Source of the DNA: an uncultured Actinomycetes bacterium
GTDB taxonomy: Bacteria; Actinomycetota; Thermoleophilia; Solirubrobacterales; 70-9
Length of the DNA: 64,000 nt
Reading direction: 5' to 3'
NCBI GenBank assembly: GCA_963721735.1
Contig: CAVRKX010000003.1
Location: 18,027-82,026 of the forward strand
Shown: piece after piece, positions 18,828-25,874 of the stretch
Position numbering within the stretch: position 1 is the first letter of the stretch
Layout of the letters: the number at the start of each line of letters is the position of its first letter
Made by a program: the position numbers and the translations under genes
The notes under the pieces: model-generated
Databases searched by the model: none
Told to the model about the DNA's origin: nothing
Seen by the model: only the letters and a program-made list of their open reading frames with translations

Positions 18828-19017
18828 ATGGGCGCGGCTGGTTTCGAACCAGCGACCTCTCGCGTGTGAAGCGACAGGGCCAATGTCTTGCCGGGAGCCC
18901 AGAAACCGCATCACCATGCGGTATGCACCATCATGGGCAGTGGCGGCTCCGCGCAGTGGATTGCCGTGGATTACGCACGATTACCGGGGATTCAGGCAGA
19001 AAGGGCGATTTCTGCCC
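18828..19017 (-). repeat. tRNA-Val 3'-half copy H plus type-2 arm
   Basis: Core 18828-18873 matches exactly. The arm has hairpin ACCGCAT-CACC-ATGCGGT, GGATTACGCACGATTACCGGGGATT, and a perfect hairpin GGGCAGAAA-GGGCGA-TTTCTGCCC. It is roughly 85-90% identical to copy I by eye over about 190 nt. Confidence 0.9.
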
Positions 19018-19289
19018 AAAGGGAGCGCGCATGCATGACCACCCGAGAGTGCCGGCGGGCGCCATGCCTCGCCCGGCTATCGCAAGTGGTCAGGGCCCCA
19101 GCTGCCGGGAAGCTCGATCATCGCTCAAGCCTACGACTCATCGGCTGGCGGCCGACACCCGAACGGGCAGAAAGCCGCTTTCGGCGCGTGCCGGACCGGC
19201 TTCGTGCCTCACTTGTACAAGCCGTGAGCGAGCCCGGCGGCTCCGCCCGGCCGGTCACTTTTCGCGCCGGCCGGGAGGAGCCGATTCGC

Positions 19290-21449
19290 TCAGCCGGTAG
19301 CCGGGCTGCCGCGAAGCGTCCCCTGCCAGCGCAGGGCAACGGCGGCGCCGAGCGCGGCGCAGCCGAGACTGAGGACGGCGAGCGCCCAGAGCGGCGGCGA
19401 GGAGCCGCCATCGCCAGGCCCCGCGGCGGTGCCCGCCGAGGCATCGAGTCGGCGCTCAAGCGCCCGGACCTTCTCATTCAGCCCCTTGATTGCCGCCAGC
19501 GAGATCCCGTCAGCGTCGATCGAGGTGATGTGGCGCGAATCCTCGCCGACCCCGAAGGCGCGCCTGAGGTCCTGGGCCATCGGGCCGATGTGGCGGATCG
19601 AGGGTTCCTGAGCCCGGTAGCTCCACTCGGAGATCGGCACCGAGGCAAGCTTCCGCAGCACCTCACGCCCCGAGACCGGGGTGATCGCGGTCTTCGAGGC
19701 CTCATCCGAGAGGGAGGCCCAGGAGCCGCCGCCGGAAGCCAGGGTCACGCCGGCGGCCGGATTGCCACTGCCGTCGATCGCCGAGACGAACCGAGCCCCG
19801 CCGGTCGAGCGGACGCTGAACTCGTTGATCGCCGTGGAGGCAAAGCTGAAGGCGTTCGAGTCCGCCCAGACGAACGCCCCGTCATGGTTGGCCTCTGCTC
19901 GCACGCCGGCCGCCAGGCTGTTATTCCCTGCGGCGGTGTTGTCCTGGCCGGACGGAACCGTTGCGGCGAGGCCACTCGCGGTGTTGCCGTCGCCGCCGCC
20001 AACGGCCGCACCACTGCCGGTGGCGGAGTTGTCGACACCCCCGCCCACCGTGGCGTTGGACCCGCTGGCAGCGTTGTTGCGACCGCCGCCCACGGTGGTG
20101 TCGGTTCCGCTTGCAATGTTCGACTGGCCGCCGCCGACCGTGGCGCGCAGCCCGTTGGCGAGGTTGGCGAGTCCGCCGCCGACCGTGGAGCGCAACGCGG
20201 TGGCGGTGTTGCCCTCCCCCCCAGCGACGGTGGCGCTGCTCCCGCTGGCGGTGTTGCCGCCGCCGCCGCCGACGGTGGCGAGCGCCCGGTCGCTGACAGT
20301 GCCCGCGCCGTTGCCGGCCTGGTTGTTGGCACCGCCGCCGACCGTGCCCCGATGGTCGGTGACCCGGTTCGCGCTCGTCGGGAGCGACGGCGTGCCGCGG
20401 CCCCCGCCCCCGATCACCGCCGAGTGGACCCCGGCCGTGACCGAGTTGTCGGCGATCCCGCCGATCACGTTGGGACTTTGGTTGGTGCCGTCCGACGCGG
20501 GCGCGAGCCGCAGGCCGCGGGCATTGTTGACCCGCAGGTTGAGCGCCCGGTTGTCGGTCGTGCCGAGGAAATCGGTGGCCGGGTTGGTGCCCGAGTTGCC
20601 CGTGAGCGACCAGTCGCTACCGGTCGCATCGGTGCCGTCAGCGAAGCCGGCGGGGACCCCGTGGAGCACGTTCCAGTGGAGGAAGTTGGAGCCTATGTTC
20701 GGGGCGCTGCCATCCGAGGTCGAGAGCTCCGTCTCGGTGAGGTAGCGGTTGTCGTGATCATGCGCCGCCGTTGCGAAGTCGGCCGAGCTTTGGCCGTCGA
20801 GCAGGTCAGCGTCGAGGCCCGAACCCGAGCCGTCATCGTTGGCGATCTCGCTAATGGCGGCGCCGTCGGCGATGTCCGCGGCGTTCACGCAGCCAGAGCA
20901 ACTGACGTCAGAAGCGGTGCCCCCGGTGTCGTCGGTGCCGTCAGCAAAGCCGGCGGGGACCCCGTTGAAGAGGTCCCAATGGAGGAAGTTGTTACCGGAG
21001 TTCGGGGCGCTGCCGTCCGAGGTCGAGAGCTCGGATTGGGTGAAGTAGCGCCCGTCGTGGTCGGCCGAGGACTTGTGGGCGTCCAGCTCCGGCTGGGTAG
21101 CCGGGTCGAAGCCAAGTTTTGGGGTGGAGACGGCGCCATTGGCGAGCTCGCTGCTGCCGACGGAGTCCGGGGCCAGGTCGACGTCCCCGAGGCCGCCATT
21201 GGCCAGGGTGTCGTCTCGCACGTCGACGGATCTCACCCCGTCCGCGTTGCTGATATCCCCGGTCGACACAGCACCGTTGATGATGTCCACGGTGCTGATT
21301 GTGTCGGCGCCGCCGGGATGGGTGGCGTACGCCGTGCCGCCGAGGGCGATGAAGAGCGCGACCAACCCGAGGACGTTTGAGCGGATGAACCCGCTGGCTC
21401 GGCGTCCCACCGGATGCCCGCCTTCCGTAAACGAGTTCTCTGACGCCAT
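19290..21449 (-). CDS. tail-fibre-like protein with YadA-head-like repeats and a C-terminal S74-type intramolecular chaperone domain
   Basis: 719-aa ORF with an N-terminal TM (VLGLVALFIALGGTAYA) and two HDxRY..ELSTSDGSAPN..NFLHW..GVPAGFADGTD modules. About 8 GGGxxNxAxGxxATVGGG repeats follow. The C-terminus LSDEASKTAITPVSGREVLRKL..SEWSY...HIGPMAQD...DADGISLAAIKGLNEKV matches the endosialidase-chaperone (peptidase S74) pattern. Confidence 0.75.
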   Translation of the reverse strand: MASENSFTEGGHPVGRRASGFIRSNVLGLVALFIALGGTAYATHPGGADTISTVDIINGAVSTGDISNADGVRSVDVRDDTLANGGLGDVDLAPDSVGSSELANGAVSTPKLGFDPATQPELDAHKSSADHDGRYFTQSELSTSDGSAPNSGNNFLHWDLFNGVPAGFADGTDDTGGTASDVSCSGCVNAADIADGAAISEIANDDGSGSGLDADLLDGQSSADFATAAHDHDNRYLTETELSTSDGSAPNIGSNFLHWNVLHGVPAGFADGTDATGSDWSLTGNSGTNPATDFLGTTDNRALNLRVNNARGLRLAPASDGTNQSPNVIGGIADNSVTAGVHSAVIGGGGRGTPSLPTSANRVTDHRGTVGGGANNQAGNGAGTVSDRALATVGGGGGNTASGSSATVAGGEGNTATALRSTVGGGLANLANGLRATVGGGQSNIASGTDTTVGGGRNNAASGSNATVGGGVDNSATGSGAAVGGGDGNTASGLAATVPSGQDNTAAGNNSLAAGVRAEANHDGAFVWADSNAFSFASTAINEFSVRSTGGARFVSAIDGSGNPAAGVTLASGGGSWASLSDEASKTAITPVSGREVLRKLASVPISEWSYRAQEPSIRHIGPMAQDLRRAFGVGEDSRHITSIDADGISLAAIKGLNEKVRALERRLDASAGTAAGPGDGGSSPPLWALAVLSLGCAALGAAVALRWQGTLRGSPATG

Positions 21450-21813
21450 CTTGGGCCTCCCGTTCCGTCGATTGAGCGGAGGCCAGGGGCGTCGGCTAGT
21501 CGGCTAGGGCTGGTCGGCGAACCCGGCGACCGCCGGAAGGGGAAGCCTCTCATGTCGGGCAGACAGGGGCAACCTCACACCGACAACAGGGAAATCATCG
21601 AGGCGAACGTTCTCCTGCGACATCGCCTACTCCGAGAGCCCGGTGGCCTTGAAAGCCTCTCTCTTGTCACTGAAGATGTCGGCCCGCACGCACGTGCGAA
21701 GCGGGCAACCGCATCGAGGTCATCTCGCGCCAAGTCGAGCTGCTCCGGTGTAGCGGCCCGAGCGCCTCGTCTCAGAGAGTCCAAAAACCGAGCTGATAGC
21801 AGGCACTTTGCGA

Positions 21814-22002
21814 ATGGGCGCGGCTGGGTTCGAACCAGCGACCTCTCGCGTGTGAAGCGGGAGGGCCAATCTCTTGCTGGGAGCCCAGAAACCGCATCAC
21901 CATGCGGTATGTACCTCCATGGGCAGTGGCGGCTCCGCGCGGCGGATGCCGTGGATTACGCACGATTACCGGGGATTCGGGCAGAAAGGGCGATTTCTGC
22001 CC
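21814..22002 (-). repeat. tRNA-Val 3'-half copy I plus type-2 arm
   Basis: Core 21814-21859 has 1 mismatch, in the T loop at 21828. The arm is collinear with copy H, including both hairpins. Confidence 0.9.
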
Positions 22003-22050
22003 AAAGGGAGCGCGACCCATTGGGTCAGGATCGCAGCGCGACGTGCTGAG

Positions 22051-22903
22051 TCATGGTCCGCCAGCGGTGAAAAACCCGACGGAAATGGTCTGGTTGCCGC
22101 TTTCCTCGATGGCGAGGATCTCCAGCTCGTAGAGCTTGTCAGGCTCAGGAAGTCGTCGGGCACGTCCAGCCTTCTTACGTCCGGACCGACGTGGACGTCG
22201 TATTCGGGCTGGGAGAGGGCGTTTGGATTCGTGTACTCCTCGTCGGTAACGGTCACCTGGTAACCGGCGATCTCGGTCGGCTTGCCGTCCAGGGTCTCGG
22301 TCACGGGGCGCCAGCGAACGGTCGTCCCAGAGGCCGGGACCTCGTTCTGATCGGCCTTCTCCTCGTCGACGAGCTTGGGCGCGACAATCTTCGGTGGTGC
22401 CGGGATGTCGTGCGTGAGATCAGCGGTTGCCGTCCGTCGATTCCCCTCGAAGTCAACGCCACTGATTCGGTAGTCGCCCTCGGGAAAGTCCGCCTTGAGG
22501 TCGGCGATCGAGTACTCACTGTTGGGAGGCTCTCGGGACTCGAAGAAGAACTGGTTGATGCCGAGCTCGCCCAGCTGGTTCGTGGGGTCGACCAGCATGA
22601 TCTGGGTTCCGTCAGGCATTTGGAGACAGGCTTCTGCCAGGCCTTCCTGGTCGAACATGCCGTGCACGCCGGTGTCCTTGTCGGTGGCGTTGTGCTCGAT
22701 GTAAAGCCGCGTGTCGCCTTCGAAGCTTTCCCCTCGTCGAAGCAAACCTCCCCCGTGCTCTGCGGGGCCACGGCGGCGCCCTCGGTCGCCCCGGTGGTAT
22801 CGGAGGCGGCCGTGGTATCCGCCGGGTCGTCGCCGCCACACCCAGCGACAGCGATCCCAAGCGTTGCGGTCGTTGCGAGCAAAGTGATCCTCGGCTTGCT
22901 CAC
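22051..22903 (-). CDS. lipoprotein of unknown function, with two apparent 1-nt frame breaks
   Basis: GTG at 22903 after a GGAGGA RBS gives VSKPRITLLATTATLGIAVAGCGG (lipobox). The body (ESFEGDTRLYIEHNATDKDTGVHG...) is in a second frame and the tail (DKLYELEILAIEESGNQTISVGFFTAGGP*) in a third. The junctions lie at a G run (about 22735) and a C run (about 22160). Confidence 0.6.
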
Positions 22904-23234
22904 GCATTCCTCCTCGGTTATTTGCGTGCTCCGGCGACGCAGTCTTCCCGATTCGAGGTGAAAGGAGGGTGAAGGCAACGGATCGCGGCTGCACGGTGTC
23001 CTGACGGCCGCCTCCTCACATGGTTGTTACGCACGACTATTCGTGGATTTGCGCAGAGGGCCGGTTTTTGCCCGAGCACGTGCTGGCCGCCGATGTGGCT
23101 TTCAATTCGGTGAAGCGCTACCACTCGAGGGCCGGCGATTGCCGCTCTGCATCGGAAGCGCAGGGGGGCACCGCCCATGGAGCAAGGTGACCGACGGGAG
23201 CCTGTTGGCTCGTCTGTGGGCTTGAGGTCGCCCG

Positions 23235-23615
23235 TTATTCCTCGTCGACCTCGCCACCGACGACATTGAAGCTGCGATCGAGCTGCACGTCGACCTGAGT
23301 ACCGTCGTCGCGCGTGACCTCTACCTCGTAGTAGCTCTCCTCGTCGCCAACCTCGGTGTCGGTGACCTGACCGCCGCCCGTGTCCTGTAGCGCCGCGGCG
23401 CTGGCCTGGCCGAGGGCGCTACCCCCGATCGACTGATCGGGGCCCTCGCTGGCCTCCTGGTTCTCCGCTGGCACGGCGGACTGGGCCGCATTCGCGGGCG
23501 GCTGCTCGGAGGAGTTGCTGCTGTCCCCAGCCGCACCGGCTATCGCTGCGCCGCCGATGGCGAGGGCCGCAACGGCCGCCATCGCCGCGCCAACTCCCTT
23601 GACCTTGTTTTTCAT
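23235..23615 (-). CDS. PepSY domain-containing secreted protein
   Basis: Start MKNKVKG at 23615 after an AAAGGAG RBS, followed by a signal peptide. The C-terminus ALQDTGGGQVTDTEVGDEESYYEVEVTRDDGTQVDVQLDRSFNVV is a typical PepSY motif. Confidence 0.8.
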   Translation of the reverse strand: MKNKVKGVGAAMAAVAALAIGGAAIAGAAGDSSNSSEQPPANAAQSAVPAENQEASEGPDQSIGGSALGQASAAALQDTGGGQVTDTEVGDEESYYEVEVTRDDGTQVDVQLDRSFNVVGGEVDEE

Positions 23616-23711
23616 GTTGCTGCTCCTTTCTGGTCGATTGTTGACCTTCGACGGCAGCATAGGAACGACGGATGAGATAGCGGTGACAGCACTTAGCAGA
23701 CACTCTTACGG

Positions 23712-23757
23712 ATGGGCGCGGCTGGTTTCGAACCAGCGACCTCTCGCGTGTGAAGCG
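23712..23757 (-). repeat. tRNA-Val 3'-half copy J (core only)
   Basis: Exact 46-nt match. Its 19 nt of 5' flank (23693-23711) resemble the flanks of copy I and of the intact tRNA. Confidence 0.9.
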
Positions 23758-23888
23758 GCGAGGCCACTGCGGCTGGAAAGCACATCAGCAAGCCACCCTC
23801 GCGTCCAACTGGCGATTGCCAATTGGCAGCCGAGGCGGGTTTGGCGGGATGCCCGGACGCAGATGCCCGCGGCCCCTGCGGCTGAGCC

Positions 23889-24248
23889 TCAAAGCTCGAC
23901 GATCGCCTTGAAGCCCCCGTAGATCATCCGCGACATGTCCGCCGGCATGTCCTTCGGGTCGTAGTCGGCGAGCCGCGGGTCGGACATCACCTTCTTGTTG
24001 ACGGCGTCGCGGTGCTTGCGCGACCTGTAGACGATCCAGGAGAAGCCGACGACCTCGTTGCGCTTCGCCTTGACGCTCATCGCGAAATCGGTGACCTTTC
24101 CCTTCGGCACATCGTCGCCGATGCACTCGATGTACTCGAGCGCGCCGTGCTCCTTCCAGACCTTCCCGGCCTTACGGGCGACCTTGCGGTACTCCTCGAC
24201 CTTGTTCTTGGGGACTGCGAAGACGAATCCGTCGACGTAGCGGGCCAT
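23889..24248 (-). CDS. DUF1428 (YbaA-like) family protein
   Basis: Start MARYVDGFVFAVPKNKVEEYRKVARKAGKVWKEHGALEYIEC at 24248 after an AGGAG RBS. The sequence is collinear with the DUF1428 family pattern. Confidence 0.85.
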   Translation of the reverse strand: MARYVDGFVFAVPKNKVEEYRKVARKAGKVWKEHGALEYIECIGDDVPKGKVTDFAMSVKAKRNEVVGFSWIVYRSRKHRDAVNKKVMSDPRLADYDPKDMPADMSRMIYGGFKAIVEL

Positions 24249-24648
24249 CAGAACACTCCTGTAGCTGGTTGGCTTTGGTTGGTCCAACAGTTGAACCGGC
24301 GAATGGCATCAGACTATCGGCACCATGCGTTGAGGCTGGCTGCTCAGAAAGGACAAGCGAGGACGAGAAAGTTGTTGGGGAGGACGCGCTCGCCGCGATG
24401 CCGGACATTCGCCACGAGGTGCAGGAGGTCGCGCCTGACGGCGACGCCGAGCGGTGCATGGTTCGACCTAATAACCGGAGGAACGTTGTGCGGGCGCGCA
24501 ACCAAGCCCCCTCGTCGGAGGAGTAACTCTGCGAACGGAGTGGGAGATTCGAACTAAACGGGCAGAAAGCCGATTCGGCGCCGCCCTGGAGCAGCACCTT
24601 GCTTGCATCATCCTCCCAAAACCTGCCCAATAGCAGGCGTTTTGCGGA

Positions 24649-24720
24649 TGGGCGCGGCTGGTTTCGAACCAGCGACCTCTCGCGTGTGAAGCGAGCGCTC
24701 TCCCACTGAGCTACGCGCCC
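24649..24720 (-). tRNA. tRNA-Val (anticodon CAC)
   Basis: 72-nt cloverleaf read by hand. Acceptor GGGCGCG/CGCGCCC. D arm GCTC-AGTGGGA-GAGC. Anticodon arm CTCGC-TTCACAC-GCGAG. Variable loop AGGTC. T arm GCTGG-TTCGAAA-CCAGC. Discriminator A. CCA is not encoded. Confidence 0.95.
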
Positions 24721-24782
24721 GGTGGCCTGATGATAGGTCGCCGACCCGCCTCCGGGCGGCCTTGGCGAGGTAGGATGGCCGG

Positions 24783-25060
24783 TGGACCGTGCTAGGCGGG
24801 GAGGTAGCGGTGCCCTGTCACCCGCAATCCGCTCTAGCGGGGCTGAACGCCCGTCTGAGGGTCGCGGCCTTCGGGGTCGGTACGTCGCGGGCGGCGTTGA
24901 CGGCCAGGTCCCGCGCAATGCGCGCCCGCGAACCAGGTCAGATCCGGAAGGAAGCAGCCTTAAGCGGTAGCGGGCATGTGCCGCGGATCGGCCTGGCTCG
25001 AGCCAGCCACGACGCGAACGCCCGGGGACCGCTCTCGAAGGCGGGCCGCACGGTCCTGCC
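24783..25060 (+). ncRNA. ffs: signal recognition particle RNA, large (Bacillus-type, Alu-domain-containing) form
   Basis: The domain IV core CCAGGTCAGATCCGGAAGGAAGCAGCC lies at about 24933-24959. The Alu-domain block GTGCTAGGCGGGGAGGTAGCGGTGCCCTGTCACCCGCAATCCGCTCTAGCGGGG is collinear with B. subtilis scRNA as I recall it. Terminal helix GGACCGTGC (24784-24792) pairs with GCACGGTCC (25048-25056). A TAGGAT -10-like hexamer sits at 24771-24776. Ends are accurate to about 10 nt. Confidence 0.85.
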
Positions 25061-25063
25061 TGC

Positions 25064-25774
25064 TCAGTGCGCTCTCGGTAGACCCGCGGCGCGAGCTTCA
25101 CCCGAAGCTTGCGCGGCAGGTGAGGCACCGAGGTGCCTCCGGTGGAGGAGCGTCGCCGGGCCGACGGGGAGATGCCGCCCGTTCTCGGCTTCGCCTCGGT
25201 CGAAGGTGGCGGCGGCTCCTCGGGCGGCTCCGGGCACTTGCGCGTGTAGACGACGCGGGCCGGGTCCTCCGGCTTGGTCTCGGAGTGCATCCACGAGAGG
25301 TGGAGGTGGTTCTTGCGCCCGTGGTTCGGATCGCCGTTCCAGCCCACCCACCGCCAGGGCGCGATCGGCTGGTCCTGCTCGCGGCTCCGCCTTGCGGGCG
25401 AGGGCTCCGATGTCGCTCCAGGTGCCCCCCTTGTCCTTGTTCGGGACGATGTCGGCGGCGAGGCCGATCGGGTGCTCGCCGTTTCGGGCATGGGCCCGGT
25501 CGGTGGAGTAGCCGTCGGTGATGAAGATGTGGTAGCGGCGCTTCATCCAGCGGATGTCCGCCAGCAGCCGGCGGTCGATCTCCTCCCCCGGGAAGCCGGG
25601 GATGTCCACGAAGCGCCCTCCGCCGACGGTCTTGCAGAGATGGTCGTCGATCACCTTGCTCCGCATCCTGGCGGCCGCCGGGGAGGCGATCGCCCCCGCG
25701 AGCAGGGCAGCCAGGGCCAACGCGATCAAGGCGCGCGAGCGACGGCGGCGGATGAGGCCTGGGATGCCTGCCAT
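25064..25774 (-). CDS. secreted M15-type (VanY/Hedgehog-fold) peptidoglycan peptidase, apparently frame-broken
   Basis: The N-terminal part MAGIPGLIRRRRSRALIALALAALLAG...GEHPIGLAADIVP carries the HxxGxAxD motif and is in one frame. The continuation QPIAPWRWVGWNGDPNHGRKNHLHLSW carries the HxH motif and is in another, with the junction near 25370. The true 3' end is uncertain but must lie before the SRP RNA. Confidence 0.55.
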   Translation of the reverse strand: MAGIPGLIRRRRSRALIALALAALLAGAIASPAAARMRSKVIDDHLCKTVGGGRFVDIPGFPGEEIDRRLLADIRWMKRRYHIFITDGYSTDRAHARNGEHPIGLAADIVPNKDKGGTWSDIGALARKAEPRAGPADRALAVGGLERRSEPRAQEPPPPLVDALRDQAGGPGPRRLHAQVPGAARGAAATFDRGEAENGRHLPVGPATLLHRRHLGASPAAQASGEARAAGLPRAH

Positions 25775-25874
25775 TGAGTACAGGCGATCGGCACCAGGCG
25801 CCGGTCCTGAACCGGTCTCAACGAATGTTCGAGGTGCCCGGGCGGGCCGAACCCGTAGCTAGACTGGCTCCTTC

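Larger units (their letters stand above)
729..24720 (-). mobile_element. tRNA-Val-anchored accessory region of about 10 modules bounded by direct repeats of the tRNA-Val 3' half (putative stacked att sites), with no recombinase gene inside
   Basis: The 46-nt block ATGGGCGCGGCTGGTTTCGAACCAGCGACCTCTCGCGTGTGAAGCG is the complement of the tRNA from anticodon arm to discriminator. It occurs at 729, 3629, 5256, 7183, 10534, 17847, 18828, 21814 and 23712, in degenerate form at 9886, and inside the intact tRNA at 24648. All copies share one orientation and none occurs in 24721-64000. Confidence 0.6.

Noticed and set aside
18888-21380. 830-aa plus-strand ORF
   Set aside because: It is antisense to the tail-fibre-like gene. 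It starts inside repeat module H and its composition is low-complexity Gly/Ala/Arg/Val.
729-23757. tRNA-half copies as functional tRNA genes or split-tRNA halves
   Set aside because: Each copy lacks the 5' acceptor strand, the D arm and the 5' anticodon stem. No complementary 5' halves or pairing leader sequences are present in the window.
24541-24560. GGGAGATTCGAAC, resembling the T arm of another tRNA on the minus strand
   Set aside because: The flanking bases do not form a T stem or acceptor stem, and the match is too short to call a tRNA remnant.
729-24720. Possibility that the regularly recurring 46-nt repeat is a CRISPR-like array
   Set aside because: The intervals are 0.6-7.3 kb, contain complete genes and vary widely in length. 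The repeat is a tRNA fragment and no cas genes are present.
24172-25491. 439-aa minus-strand ORF
   Set aside because: It runs straight through tRNA-Val and the SRP RNA. Only its 25260-25400 portion is real coding sequence, belonging to the frame-broken M15 peptidase.
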